Below are positions 1-10,469 of a stretch of 39,586 nt of DNA, one piece after another. The notes under the pieces are model-generated. The model was not told the origin of the DNA. It worked only from the letters and a program-made list of their open reading frames with translations, and ran no database searches. Source of the stretch: a virus. Its lineage: Duplodnaviria > Caudoviricetes. The position numbers were made by a program, and so were the translations under genes. Position 1 is the stretch's first letter, and every line of letters begins with the position of its first letter. The stretch spans positions 1-39,586 of the IMG/VR virus record IMGVR_UViG_3300032243_000160. One strand, given 5' to 3'.

Positions 1-123
1 ACACTGTATTGGTTAATTGCTTCATTAAGACCACCAATATAATTTTGGCTCTTAAGTTCTGTCTTAGTAATAAAGCCAGATGTATATAGTTTAGTAAGAA
101 GATTAGGTAATCCTTTAGGACCA
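1..123. repeat. Terminal direct repeat, left copy (circular-assembly overlap)
   Basis: 1-123 is identical to 39464-39586. It lies inside an ORF that reads through the join. Confidence 0.95.
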
Positions 124-419
124 ATGGCTGTTAATACAGCAGTACGCGCTGCGTTAATATCATTAGTTGGTGTTAACTTATCACCTGGCTTAGGAGGTAT
201 AAATAGAACTGCTCCAGATGTACCAGAACTAGTAACATAAGTCTTACCACTAGGGTCTGTATAAATCTTATAGTTGTTTAATAATGGGTCATTAGCAACA
301 GCGGCTGCTGCTTTAGCAGCAGTGGCAGCACCAGGATTCTTTGCATTGTATGCAGCAAGTCCTTGATTATAGGCTGCTTGTAATTGATTACTTAAACCTT
401 GTAGGTCTTCACCAGCCAT
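1..419 (-). CDS. N-terminal part of origin-spanning virion protein (433 aa in total, continues at 39463..38581)
   Basis: ATG at 419 (MAGEDLQGLSNQLQAAYNQG...) is open to base 1 and continues in frame through the repeat into the 38581..39423 ORF. 419+883 nt = 434 codons. Confidence 0.88.
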   Translation of the reverse strand, partial: MAGEDLQGLSNQLQAAYNQGLAAYNAKNPGAATAAKAAAAVANDPLLNNYKIYTDPSGKTYVTSSGTSGAVLFIPPKPGDKLTPTNDINAARTAVLTAIGPKGLPNLLTKLYTSGFITKTELKSQNYIGGLNEAINQYS

Positions 420-422
420 GTG

Positions 423-3400
423 CTAGAACCCCCTCTTAAATGCTACGTAAGTATCGCGTGAATAAAACTTAAGAATAGGGTCAAAGATTGCACGGTTTGC
501 CTCTGTCAAATAAGCATCACCAAACATCATGTTCTTCAATTGAGCCTCAATTTCTTCTCTACGTTGCTTCTTTAACTCAGTGAAGTTAGAAGCAAGTTTC
601 CATGCTGGGTCTTGTGCAAATGTTAGATAGTCATTAACCATCTTTAAGGCAATGTTCATGCGAGCGCGTGTAGCCATATTAATGTTTGCTTTAGGGTCAG
701 CAACCATCTGGTCTAGGCTAGATAGCAATTGAGTTTCTTTACCAATGTTATTACCAGAGCCAATAAGGGCTGCTTTAAGTAATGGATTAGAAGTCATTAA
801 TGCTTCACGTGCAGCAGTAGCAGTATCAACAATTACTTGTCGCTTGTACCCATCTGGTTCTGCAAGAAGTGCTTTCTTTTCATTAGAACCAATATCATAA
901 TAAGCCTGCTTATCTTGTGAGACAAGTAAGTCGCCATAGTATTTCTCTAATGATTTACTAGAAGTAAGCCCTGCAGCCTGCATATAATTATATGAGTTAA
1001 CATTTAATTTACCTACATGTGGAGCAAAGATATATGCTGCCTCACCATAAGTATTAATAGCACCACGATTATCCCGTGCCCATTGGTTAAGTTGGTCAGT
1101 TTCTTTAATGATAACTTTTACTTGCTTATCACTACGTGATACTGTATAAACTAATTTACCTGGGTTCTGACCCATGAATGTAACTAAAGCCAGTTCATAT
1201 GGGTCTTGAATATCCCCATTATTACGTGCATTGATAGCATCAAGAATGTCATAGAACTCTGAACGTAGGCTAGTTACACCAACGCGCTTAAGGTAATCAG
1301 GTACGCCTTTACTCTCTGTTAATGTAGTAGAAGCAGGTGATATAAGTCCTAAGAAGTTACGTAAAAAGATAATGTTGTGTGCAGATATACGTATATTCTT
1401 TATGTAGTCTGCTTTTTCTTGGTCAGTTGCATTAGCATCTAAATGAATACCATTGGCTGCATTATAAGCCATTGCTTGTTGACCAGCAGTTACTTCTTGG
1501 CGTGACTTTTCGTTAACAGGTAACATATCCCATACACGTTGTAGTGTTTGTGGCATTAATACCTTTTGAAGATTAGTGTTAGTACCAAAACTGCCAAGTG
1601 CTACTTGGCTAACAAAGTCTCCTGTGTTTTCAGCAACAGCATTATGTGTAGCACCAAGGATATTCTTCATTGCTAATACACCTAGCCCTGCAATAGGACC
1701 AGATAGCATTGGTAAACCAGAGTCTTGTTGGAATGATGGGTTAATCATATTTAACTTAACAGTAAAGTCATTAAACAATGGTTGTGCATAACCAGTCTTG
1801 CCAGTTAATACACGAAGAGTAGTATCTGTAGCCTTAAATAGTGTGCTATCCATTGGTACATTAACATATGGGTTACCTTGTTGGTCTGTAAATACAGAAC
1901 CACTAGCAGATAAACCAAGATGCGCTAAGCGCATACGGTATAACACACGTGCTGGTACTTCTTTAAGACGATACATACGGCGTTGGAAGTCTTCAGTTGC
2001 ACGATAGTAACGACCAAGTGTACGAGATGCATAAGCAAAATTAGAACGTACTGCAGGGTTATCTGCATACTTAAGTAGTCTGTCTGCTGCATGGTTCATA
2101 CCTAATTCAGTAAAACGCTTTTCACCATCTTGTGTAATGCGTTCTTCTAAACGAGCAATAGCCCTAATGTTTGAATACTTTTCTGGTTCAGCAGCAATTG
2201 CAGCCTTAACATGGTCTTTAACCCATTGACGTTCAATGCCAGACCAGTTCTTACGTGTCTCTGTATACAAAACATTGAGTGCAGGCTGACGATGAATAGC
2301 CGTAATCTGACGGTCCATCCATTCAAAACCTTTATCGCCTACTTTACGCCATAATGATTCTGGGTCTTGGAATCCTGGGAACTCAATTGCTGTATTGATA
2401 CTACCTGAAGGACGGAAATCATTTGTTAGTTCTCTAAACTTATTAAAGTTCATGCCAGCAGATGCTTGGCTCCAAGAAATATCTTTTTCGCCTTTGTTAA
2501 TCTGTGTTAACTTAGATTTAAGAGTCTTAACTTCAGCAAGTAATGCTTCATTAAACTTATTAGCACCACCATGGAAGGTAGTATAAAGGTCAGTAAGAAT
2601 ACGACCTGCTTGGTCACGCACAATTGCAACATCATCTGTTACTCGTCCGCCCATTTCAACACTACGAGCAGACATACGCTTAAAAGCGTTTACTGCATCT
2701 TGGTCTTTAACAATATAACGGTTAACAGCAGGGTCAAATACAACACCAACAGATGACATAAGTTCATCCATTGCTTTTTTAACATCTGCTTCAGTACGAA
2801 GACCATTGTTAGTTAAGAATACAGTTGCAGGACTAATGATTCGGTTGTTTGGTAACTTTGCTGTGTTAGCAACAAAACCTTTAAACCAGTTATCAAAGTG
2901 CGCTAATGCAACCTCATGTTGAGAAAGGCTAGTTGTGTCAATAGAACGTTGAGTGCGTCCCATTTCAAGTGCTTCTTGTTTAAGAGCAACGTCTAGTTGG
3001 CTAGGTGTAATGATACCTTCAAGAATATCTTCACCATAGTTACCAGACAAACCGCTGTGACCAACAAATGATTGCGCTGTTGAGTTCAACATGTCAGGGT
3101 GATAGATTAATGCTTGGTTAAGATACTTAAATCCTTCAGTATCAATGTTTTTTGCATATGTAGCCTTAAGAGTATCTACAATTGCTTGACGTTTTTGAAC
3201 ATCAAATAGTTCATCTGGATTAATTTTAAGGTCACTAGCCATTTTGTTAATTAGTGCTTGGCGTTGTTCAACAGCAAGAGCATTAGATGGGTCTACCTTA
3301 GGTAGAATCTTACCTAATAGTTCTTGAACTGGACCAACAGCAGACTTACTACCAGTAAATGCAGTAGTGAATCTACCCATACGCTTACCTTCAAGGCTTG

Positions 3401-5504
3401 CGTAACGTAGTAATTCAGTTGGATGTGCAGTTAATGCAAACATCATGCCTTCATCAATAGCAGAACGGATACCAAGACGTGGTAAAAGGGTCAACATAGA
3501 CCAAGCATCTACTGCTTTCTTAGCAAACTTACCGCTACCAATACCAAGTACGGCATTAAAAAGATTTTGTTGTGACTTTACACTAGCAACATGTTCTATA
3601 ATTTGGTCATAAGGTAGTGCACCAATTACATGTGTTGTATGGTAAGGTTGAATTGCTGACTCAGAGTCAAGAGTTTTAACTCCATTGACTTCTTTGATGC
3701 TAGTTGATTCAAGACTTTTAACCATATGTTCTGGTATAGCAGTGTCTTTCATAGTAGCAAAGCCTGCACTGCCACCAAATTTATCACGAAGGATTTTTTC
3801 CATCAGGTCACGACCTGCTTGAGTTCCACCCATACCAAATTTGTGCATGATGCCAGCATAGATGTTACGCAAGATAACAACTTGCTCATCCATTGGAGCA
3901 TCCATAAACTTTTCAGTCATAAAACCAGCCATGTCGCGTGGAAGCAACTGACGAGCCATGTTATTAAAATGACCAGCGGTTTCTGCTGAACGTTCGCCTA
4001 AGCGAATCTCTGCACCTGCTGCAGAACGTGTAGCCTGTTGACCAATCTTGTAACCAAATGCTTTAAGTCCTTTAATTTCCCCACTAATATCAGCAAGTAC
4101 TTTATCAAGTTCTGGATTTGGGTGAACTAACTTATCAAGTGATTCACCAGTTTTAATAAATGTTTCATATAGTGGCTTGCCAAGTTCATCAACCTTAGAA
4201 ATGTCTCTGCCCTGAGTTTTTAATGCACCAAGTGTGCGGGACTCTGTTGCGTTAAAGACACTGTCAAGATAGGTTGTGAACCCTTCAGCAAAGTTACGTG
4301 TACTTTTAGCAGTTGCAACACCGTTACGAGCATACGTAATGCCATCTACACGACCAGAGAGCATAAGGTGTACGTTTTCTGCTTGTGAGAAATATTTTTC
4401 TGCAGCCTTAGCATTAAACACTTGAGCATCTTTAGATGCTAATTGTCTAATTATATCACGGTTTGCATAACCAGGAAATGTTGTAGCAATTTCTTTAAAT
4501 GCTGCATCTTTAGCAGCAGCACCTTCTGCTACAGCATAACGCTGAATAGCAGGTCCTAGTTGTTGTTCCCATAATGTATTAACTGATGGGTTCTGCATTA
4601 CTTTAGAAACACCACCAGCAAGGTCGCCTGCTTTAGCAGACTCCTCAATAGTCTTAGCAAGACGTAATCCAAGTGTAGGAGCCTTATCTAGACCTCCACT
4701 TACCCAAGTAAGAGGGTCAATAGCAATCTGATATACAGCATCAACTGCACCAGACATAAACTTAGTGATGCCACTTACGTGACCAGAGTGTAAACTGCCA
4801 ACAGTTTTATCATCCAACATGCGGAATAAATCACGCCCTGGAGATACTTGTGAAAACTTAACTGAAGACATAACATCTTTAAACTTATCAGGTGTATCAA
4901 ATGCTTTTGTAATTGAGTCAAGCATTGCTTGGTCAAGTGTTCCATGTGCTTGAATAATCTCACCAGGAGTTTTACCAGCAAGTAAACCCTTTGCTACTTC
5001 AACATCACTAGAACCATAAACCTTTGTTACTTCTTCAATTGCTTTGTTATCAAAGAGTGCATTGCCATCCCAAGCAGCCTTCCAAAGTTTTTTATTAAAA
5101 ATATTTGGATTGCTTTCCTGTGCTAATTCACGACCTAATAGGTATGGAGTATTGATAGCGCGGTTATAATTACCAGCAACTTTAAACAAACCAATGATAG
5201 GACTTGCTAAAGTTTTACCTACATACTTTAAAGCACCAGTTACTTCTGAACCAAGTGTTGGCGCAGGCGCAGCATATTGTGCATCTTTGTATAAAAACTT
5301 AAGACCTTCTTGCAAAGATGGGTCAAGTTTACGATAGGCATTAGTAGCACTATCTGGCTTCATAGACATAAGTTCTTTATGCTTTTGAATAGCAAATGAC
5401 ATCTGCTCAACTTGATTAACCTGTGCAGGATTTAAGTTAGCGTTCTTTGCAGCAGAATAAATGTTAGGTGATGTCTGCGCGACAACAGGATTAATAGGTT
5501 GCAT
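423..5504 (-). CDS. Large (1693 aa) putative internal virion / DNA ejection protein
   Basis: Largest ORF, helical-looking, in the structural operon of a phage lacking a tape measure or long-tail module. Function inferred from size and context. Confidence 0.6.
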   Translation of the reverse strand: MQPINPVVAQTSPNIYSAAKNANLNPAQVNQVEQMSFAIQKHKELMSMKPDSATNAYRKLDPSLQEGLKFLYKDAQYAAPAPTLGSEVTGALKYVGKTLASPIIGLFKVAGNYNRAINTPYLLGRELAQESNPNIFNKKLWKAAWDGNALFDNKAIEEVTKVYGSSDVEVAKGLLAGKTPGEIIQAHGTLDQAMLDSITKAFDTPDKFKDVMSSVKFSQVSPGRDLFRMLDDKTVGSLHSGHVSGITKFMSGAVDAVYQIAIDPLTWVSGGLDKAPTLGLRLAKTIEESAKAGDLAGGVSKVMQNPSVNTLWEQQLGPAIQRYAVAEGAAAKDAAFKEIATTFPGYANRDIIRQLASKDAQVFNAKAAEKYFSQAENVHLMLSGRVDGITYARNGVATAKSTRNFAEGFTTYLDSVFNATESRTLGALKTQGRDISKVDELGKPLYETFIKTGESLDKLVHPNPELDKVLADISGEIKGLKAFGYKIGQQATRSAAGAEIRLGERSAETAGHFNNMARQLLPRDMAGFMTEKFMDAPMDEQVVILRNIYAGIMHKFGMGGTQAGRDLMEKILRDKFGGSAGFATMKDTAIPEHMVKSLESTSIKEVNGVKTLDSESAIQPYHTTHVIGALPYDQIIEHVASVKSQQNLFNAVLGIGSGKFAKKAVDAWSMLTLLPRLGIRSAIDEGMMFALTAHPTELLRYASLEGKRMGRFTTAFTGSKSAVGPVQELLGKILPKVDPSNALAVEQRQALINKMASDLKINPDELFDVQKRQAIVDTLKATYAKNIDTEGFKYLNQALIYHPDMLNSTAQSFVGHSGLSGNYGEDILEGIITPSQLDVALKQEALEMGRTQRSIDTTSLSQHEVALAHFDNWFKGFVANTAKLPNNRIISPATVFLTNNGLRTEADVKKAMDELMSSVGVVFDPAVNRYIVKDQDAVNAFKRMSARSVEMGGRVTDDVAIVRDQAGRILTDLYTTFHGGANKFNEALLAEVKTLKSKLTQINKGEKDISWSQASAGMNFNKFRELTNDFRPSGSINTAIEFPGFQDPESLWRKVGDKGFEWMDRQITAIHRQPALNVLYTETRKNWSGIERQWVKDHVKAAIAAEPEKYSNIRAIARLEERITQDGEKRFTELGMNHAADRLLKYADNPAVRSNFAYASRTLGRYYRATEDFQRRMYRLKEVPARVLYRMRLAHLGLSASGSVFTDQQGNPYVNVPMDSTLFKATDTTLRVLTGKTGYAQPLFNDFTVKLNMINPSFQQDSGLPMLSGPIAGLGVLAMKNILGATHNAVAENTGDFVSQVALGSFGTNTNLQKVLMPQTLQRVWDMLPVNEKSRQEVTAGQQAMAYNAANGIHLDANATDQEKADYIKNIRISAHNIIFLRNFLGLISPASTTLTESKGVPDYLKRVGVTSLRSEFYDILDAINARNNGDIQDPYELALVTFMGQNPGKLVYTVSRSDKQVKVIIKETDQLNQWARDNRGAINTYGEAAYIFAPHVGKLNVNSYNYMQAAGLTSSKSLEKYYGDLLVSQDKQAYYDIGSNEKKALLAEPDGYKRQVIVDTATAAREALMTSNPLLKAALIGSGNNIGKETQLLSSLDQMVADPKANINMATRARMNIALKMVNDYLTFAQDPAWKLASNFTELKKQRREEIEAQLKNMMFGDAYLTEANRAIFDPILKFYSRDTYVAFKRGF

Positions 5505-5506
5505 TG

Positions 5507-5944
5507 CTAACCGTTATCTGATATTTGGTTATCCAACAACTGACGGTAAACTAATTCCGCATCTCCCGATGGGTCATACTGTGTAAGATGACGAATAGTA
5601 TCTACAAGCGTAGGTGCTTGATTAGGAAGTGGTCGTGACTCTGTACCCGCTCCTGGTCCAATTGGAATACCTGTAGTAATAGGTTCATTAGGACGTTGTG
5701 ATGGAGCACTTAATGGAACAACAGGTGAAGGCATTTCTGGAATAGGATTACCTGCAAGGTTAGCACCAGACTGTTGGTCATTAACTTCTTTATTGTCTCC
5801 ATAAGGAAGACCAGTCCATTCAGTCTTTGCTTGTGGAGGAGTCATTCCTTCAACAGCACCACCATCAGTACGTTGCGATAAAGCACCTGGTCCCGATACT
5901 GGAGCAGGATTTGCTGGCTGACGATAACCGCCTTGTTCTGCCAT
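5507..5944 (-). CDS. Pro/Gly-rich hypothetical virion-associated protein
   Basis: RBS GGAGGA, tightly packed in the structural operon. Confidence 0.7.
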   Translation of the reverse strand: MAEQGGYRQPANPAPVSGPGALSQRTDGGAVEGMTPPQAKTEWTGLPYGDNKEVNDQQSGANLAGNPIPEMPSPVVPLSAPSQRPNEPITTGIPIGPGAGTESRPLPNQAPTLVDTIRHLTQYDPSGDAELVYRQLLDNQISDNG

Positions 5945-5955
5945 GTGTCCTCCTA

Positions 5956-6495
5956 CTAAATAAGTCTAGATTGTGTTTTTGAAAGGTATGGTCCTGCTGT
6001 AAATGCAGTTAACTTACTAGCAATTTCCATTGCCTCATAAGCATCTGCTCCTGCATGTATTGCACCAAGTACATATGGTGCTCCCGAACCTGCAGCATAA
6101 ACATTTGATGCGGATTTACTTACTGAACATTCTTGGTCTATATCAAACAACTCACCATTAACAGCAATAAGAAATTGAAACCGTATTTCTTTTGTGCCAT
6201 CTTCAAAGTTATATCCATTTTCAGATAAACATTTACGTAGTGATGGCATTACTTTGGCAATCATGAAATGATAAACATCTTTTTTGTCAGTCTTAGTTGG
6301 TGCTGGTGGTTCCCATATATGCTGTGCAATATCACACGGTAGTGTTTCACCGCTTCCTGCTACAAGATATGAACCACGTTCTGATATTTTTTTAACTTCA
6401 GGATGATTATAAACATAACCATTCTCATCAGTTGTCTGACTGTCTGCAATTATAATTGCATGGTCTTTATATTCCAGCCCTATAATTGTAGTCAT
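5956..6495 (-). CDS. Proteasome beta-subunit/HslV-like Ntn-hydrolase (threonine protease fold)
   Basis: N-terminal M-T-T-I-I-G...ADSQTT, conserved K (VKKI), AGSG and AAGSGAPY motifs. Confidence 0.8.
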   Translation of the reverse strand: MTTIIGLEYKDHAIIIADSQTTDENGYVYNHPEVKKISERGSYLVAGSGETLPCDIAQHIWEPPAPTKTDKKDVYHFMIAKVMPSLRKCLSENGYNFEDGTKEIRFQFLIAVNGELFDIDQECSVSKSASNVYAAGSGAPYVLGAIHAGADAYEAMEIASKLTAFTAGPYLSKTQSRLI

Positions 6496-6513
6496 TGTCC
6501 CCCGCCTTAGTTG

Positions 6514-8295
6514 TTATACCGTTCTGCGTTGTGTTATACGAGCAGTACCACGTGCTGCGCCCGTTCCAGTTAAGGTTGAAAGTAATGTTTGTAATTCTGG
6601 CTTCTGCCCTTGAACCATTGGTTGTGCACCTTGTTCAGGTAAAGGAGAGCCTCCCACTGGCGAACCAGGAGCAGCAGGGACAGGTTGCTCGACTGTAGGT
6701 GTTGCGCCAGCAGGAGGATTCTTAGGTGTGAAGACTTCTTGAATTGAGTCTTCTATCGTCTTTCCTTTTTGTCGCAATGAAATAACATCTGCTATTTTGC
6801 GAACAATGTCTGATGGGTCCTGTCCTTGTGTTGCCATTTGTGGAATTGCTTGTGTATATGCTGCAAGTGAACCCAATAGGGAATCACGCATTTTTTCAAT
6901 TTCAATTTTTTCTTGTTCTAGCGTTACGTTAACATTGAATGGTAATTCACGCATAGCCATATCTTTAGATATAAGACCGCCACCTAATGCTTGTAGCATA
7001 AAGATAAGTCCCTGCGCTGGGTTTAATCCAGCCAGCATACCGTAACGTACATCAGCAGAGTAATCACCCTTGATGTCTTTAGACGGTAAATAAGTAATTT
7101 GATATGGAGAACCAGCATCGGTTCCACGAATAGTTTTTTCTACGTTAAATAATTTCTCATCTGTTTCAAAGCAAAAAGAAATAACATCACGTAGTGCAGT
7201 TTGGAAGATAGCCTGTGCAGATTTGATTTGAGTATCAAATGCTCCAAGTAGTGCTTGTACACCCTGTCCAGTGACAACACTTGCATTTACGTTACCTGTT
7301 CGAGATTCAGGATAACGAGCACCAACACGTAGTTCTTCATTAAGAAGTGTAGACTCAGTGAATGCACCTTGTGGTAGTGATAGTTCAACGCGGCGTACGC
7401 CAGCAGGGTTGGATGTGCGGATAACAGCATCTCCACCAAGTTGAAGTTCTTGTACGTCTTGTGGTAAAACAATTGGTGACTGTACTGATTTCTCTGCTGC
7501 TTCCATTGCAAGTAATGCAAATCTGTTGCGAAGCAACTGAATACCAAGTACATCATCAAACTGTCCACGTAATTCACCATCAGGTCCTGGTCGTCTAGCA
7601 ATGATTACGTTCATCTTGCCTAGAGGATTAACTGCTTGTGAAAGCAGCATGTTGTTACGTGATGGTAAATAAAGCACTGATTGGTCTTTATCGTAATAAC
7701 GAATCATTTCAACCATGCCATTTAGTTCTTGCTTATACCCCATCTTACCAAGTAGAGCCATCTCATGTTCAGGGAACTGAGATACTAACTCACCAAGAGT
7801 CATAGAGTATCGTTTAGCAAAAGCAACGCAGCGTCCATAGCGGTCAAATTCGGGATAAGCCCCGACAGGATTTTCTAAGCGGATGCGAGGTTGTTGCTCT
7901 TCTTCATCCAATTCAATAATGAACGGGAGGAAACCATAGGTGATGTACATGTCTGCACCGTTGTACATCTGTACTTGCAAATCAGAAAGGCGGAAGTAGT
8001 TAGACGCAATGCGAGTACGTTTGTCAGCAAATGTACGAGCACGGTCTGATGTTTGATTAACTGCTGAACAGTTAACCGCAGGAAGTGGTGCAATTACTTC
8101 TGCTAAGTCACGGGCAACAATATCAATAAAGTTAGCAACTACGTTCTGGTCAATACCATCTGGAAAGAAGTTAGGGTAAACTTGTGAAATTTTTCCCTGA
8201 CGTACCATTTGGACATCACCATTGCGTTGGTCACGACCATGGGCGCGATAGCGTAGCGTTTGCACGCGTGCGCCAATCTGGTCCATTGTTAGCAT
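6514..8295 (-). CDS. Portal protein (head-tail connector)
   Basis: 593 aa, two genes downstream of terminase. Size and helical C-terminus are typical of podoviral portals. Confidence 0.8.
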   Translation of the reverse strand: MLTMDQIGARVQTLRYRAHGRDQRNGDVQMVRQGKISQVYPNFFPDGIDQNVVANFIDIVARDLAEVIAPLPAVNCSAVNQTSDRARTFADKRTRIASNYFRLSDLQVQMYNGADMYITYGFLPFIIELDEEEQQPRIRLENPVGAYPEFDRYGRCVAFAKRYSMTLGELVSQFPEHEMALLGKMGYKQELNGMVEMIRYYDKDQSVLYLPSRNNMLLSQAVNPLGKMNVIIARRPGPDGELRGQFDDVLGIQLLRNRFALLAMEAAEKSVQSPIVLPQDVQELQLGGDAVIRTSNPAGVRRVELSLPQGAFTESTLLNEELRVGARYPESRTGNVNASVVTGQGVQALLGAFDTQIKSAQAIFQTALRDVISFCFETDEKLFNVEKTIRGTDAGSPYQITYLPSKDIKGDYSADVRYGMLAGLNPAQGLIFMLQALGGGLISKDMAMRELPFNVNVTLEQEKIEIEKMRDSLLGSLAAYTQAIPQMATQGQDPSDIVRKIADVISLRQKGKTIEDSIQEVFTPKNPPAGATPTVEQPVPAAPGSPVGGSPLPEQGAQPMVQGQKPELQTLLSTLTGTGAARGTARITQRRTV

Positions 8296-8319
8296 ATGTT
8301 GTCCTATCTAAAAGTTAAA

Positions 8320-8559
8320 TTACTTCTTTGGCTTATCCATATTAGTCTTCTTGAGACCCTGAGGATTGTTAGATAATTTTTGGTCAGGATTAAACTTTTT
8401 AATACCTGGAACTGTCATTTTTGTTTGCATATTAGCAACATCAGAATGTCCACCCATGTGGGCACCGTGTAGGACTCCAGCCTTGCCGTCAAGGTTTGCA
8501 GATTTAGTAGAATTTACTTTCATTGTATTACGAGGTGTAGCGTCATTTCTCCAAGGCAT
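8320..8559 (-). CDS. Small basic hypothetical protein
   Basis: ATG at 8559 with AGGA RBS. Fills the gap between terminase and portal. Confidence 0.65.
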   Translation of the reverse strand: MPWRNDATPRNTMKVNSTKSANLDGKAGVLHGAHMGGHSDVANMQTKMTVPGIKKFNPDQKLSNNPQGLKKTNMDKPKK

Positions 8560-8567
8560 TTGTTTTC

Positions 8568-10457
8568 CTATCCGTATATATCTTGCCACTGTTCGTGGAA
8601 GGCTTCATCTAAATTAACTGAACCTCTACGTTCCATCTGAGAACGTGTAGCCCAGCGATTACTTGCGTACTTTGCTGAATTGCTACTTGCTTGCATTAAC
8701 TCACGGATGCGAATAACCGCAAACCATAATGCCATAACTGTATCTGTCTTACCTTTAGTCTCTGGCTTCCATGTTAATAGTTGTTGAGTTAAGGCTTTGA
8801 TTCCTTCACTACCCTCTGATGAGGGGAGTTCAATAATGTTATTGTTTTGAAATTTTCCTTCGCGCTCTGTACCAAAGAGGGTTGACATGGACGCAACTCC
8901 GAAGGAGGTGTCCCATTTGTTCTTGCCTGTAAAGTGAGCATCAAGCCGTACGCCGTGTGCAGCAAGCCAGTTTCGTAGTTCGTCATCTAAGGCATATGCT
9001 TTCTGGTGAGCGTTAATTTCAACTCTAAACTCTTGAGGTTTATACTTGTTTACAAGTTCCTCAATTTGTGCTCTAATTTTTTGAGGTGTTGGTTCTATCA
9101 TGTTGATACAATCAACTACATAAATCTTTCCGTCTGCACGGTTATAGGTTGCTACAACAAATGCAGCGTTACCCGTCATAGCAGGGTCAAAACCAACAAC
9201 AGTATGAGGTTCTACTTGTTGTGGGTGTCCCACGACTCCTGACCGTAGCGCACCTCTCTTGCGTGCCCCGTTAGTGCTTCCTTGTACCAGTAATGGTGGG
9301 AAGATGGAGTCTTCTTGAATGTCTTCTTGTTGATAGACGAGTGCCCATGTTGAGGGTGTAACTTCACTTCGTCTTCTTGATAATGCTGCGCCGTCCCATT
9401 TGGGGTAGTAGCCATTCTCCTGAGGAGTATCATCGTCCCCATCCCACGGGACATCTGACTCTTTCCAAAGTGTAAGCCAATCTTCTTTTTTCTCTGCATA
9501 CTCCAGTACCGCAGGCATCCCCATATAAGTAAAGGGGGTGCGACCACCAGACCAATGCTTAGGATTACGAAGTTCTTTATAAAGGTCATTAGCCGCAATT
9601 CGGGTCCCCACCACTAGCAACTTACCATTCTTACCCAAACGGGTAATAACTTCTTTTTGTAACCAGTCCATCTGCTTTTCCCACTCATGGGCATTAGCAG
9701 TAGTAATACAGTCGTCAAGAATAATCAGGTCAGCACGTGCTCCGTAAATCTGACCACCCATACCTAGTGCTTGGATGGTAGGGTCTTTCTCAGAAGAGTT
9801 ACGAGCCTCGCCCCCAAGATATACCGTATCGGTACGCCAAGTATCCGCGTCCTGTTTCCAACCGCCCTCAGGACCATAAGCGGTCTGTAATTTGAGCCAG
9901 CGGGGATGTGACAAGCGTTGCTTGATTGCGTAGACGAACTCTCTCGCTTTTGTAATTGTTTTAGAAACTACAATGATACGGATGTTCGGGTTAAGGGCGA
10001 TTCTGTAAGTAGAATAGTTTACGGTGATAACCGTACTCTTAGCATGCTCAGGTGGTACATTGACCAACAGGCGATTGTTCTCTCCAGGCTCGTACTTCAT
10101 AGACGGATGCAACCATGACGGTTCGCGCCCTTCCAGTAGGTCTACCCAATCTTGATGATGGGGGAAGACTGTCTGGTCTAAAAATGCTTTTGAAAAATCT
10201 TTAAAGGGCATGGACTCTTTCTCCACACCCATAGCGTCAAAGGATTGCTTTTGTCCCTCATCCTTCGCGGCTTCTAACTTGGAGGCAAACTCAGGGTCAC
10301 GGGTCATCCACTGACGAACCGTATCCGCTTTTTTGCCTACTAATGCCATTGCGGCGGGGATGCTTACCCCACTCTTTACCGCTTCAAGTACTTGCTCTTT
10401 GGCTTGGGCTAGACCCTTAACCTTGAAGTGCTCGTCCCCACTCTTAAACCCAGCCAT
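8568..10457 (-). CDS. terL: Terminase large subunit with N-terminal HTH-like extension
   Basis: Walker A variant PPEHAKST, Walker B GARADLIILDD, coupling motif VVGTR, nuclease motifs GFDPA and DTVMALWFA. ATG 10457 preferred over TTG 10469. Confidence 0.92.
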   Translation of the reverse strand: MAGFKSGDEHFKVKGLAQAKEQVLEAVKSGVSIPAAMALVGKKADTVRQWMTRDPEFASKLEAAKDEGQKQSFDAMGVEKESMPFKDFSKAFLDQTVFPHHQDWVDLLEGREPSWLHPSMKYEPGENNRLLVNVPPEHAKSTVITVNYSTYRIALNPNIRIIVVSKTITKAREFVYAIKQRLSHPRWLKLQTAYGPEGGWKQDADTWRTDTVYLGGEARNSSEKDPTIQALGMGGQIYGARADLIILDDCITTANAHEWEKQMDWLQKEVITRLGKNGKLLVVGTRIAANDLYKELRNPKHWSGGRTPFTYMGMPAVLEYAEKKEDWLTLWKESDVPWDGDDDTPQENGYYPKWDGAALSRRRSEVTPSTWALVYQQEDIQEDSIFPPLLVQGSTNGARKRGALRSGVVGHPQQVEPHTVVGFDPAMTGNAAFVVATYNRADGKIYVVDCINMIEPTPQKIRAQIEELVNKYKPQEFRVEINAHQKAYALDDELRNWLAAHGVRLDAHFTGKNKWDTSFGVASMSTLFGTEREGKFQNNNIIELPSSEGSEGIKALTQQLLTWKPETKGKTDTVMALWFAVIRIRELMQASSNSAKYASNRWATRSQMERRGSVNLDEAFHEQWQDIYG

Positions 10458-10469
10458 TGCGTGTCCCAA

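Noticed and set aside
423-5504. 1693-aa protein as a virion RNA polymerase (would pair with the N4-like hairpins)
   Set aside because: I could not find a DxDGD/DFDxD two-barrel motif or T7/N4-type polymerase motifs. Only structure prediction could revive the idea.
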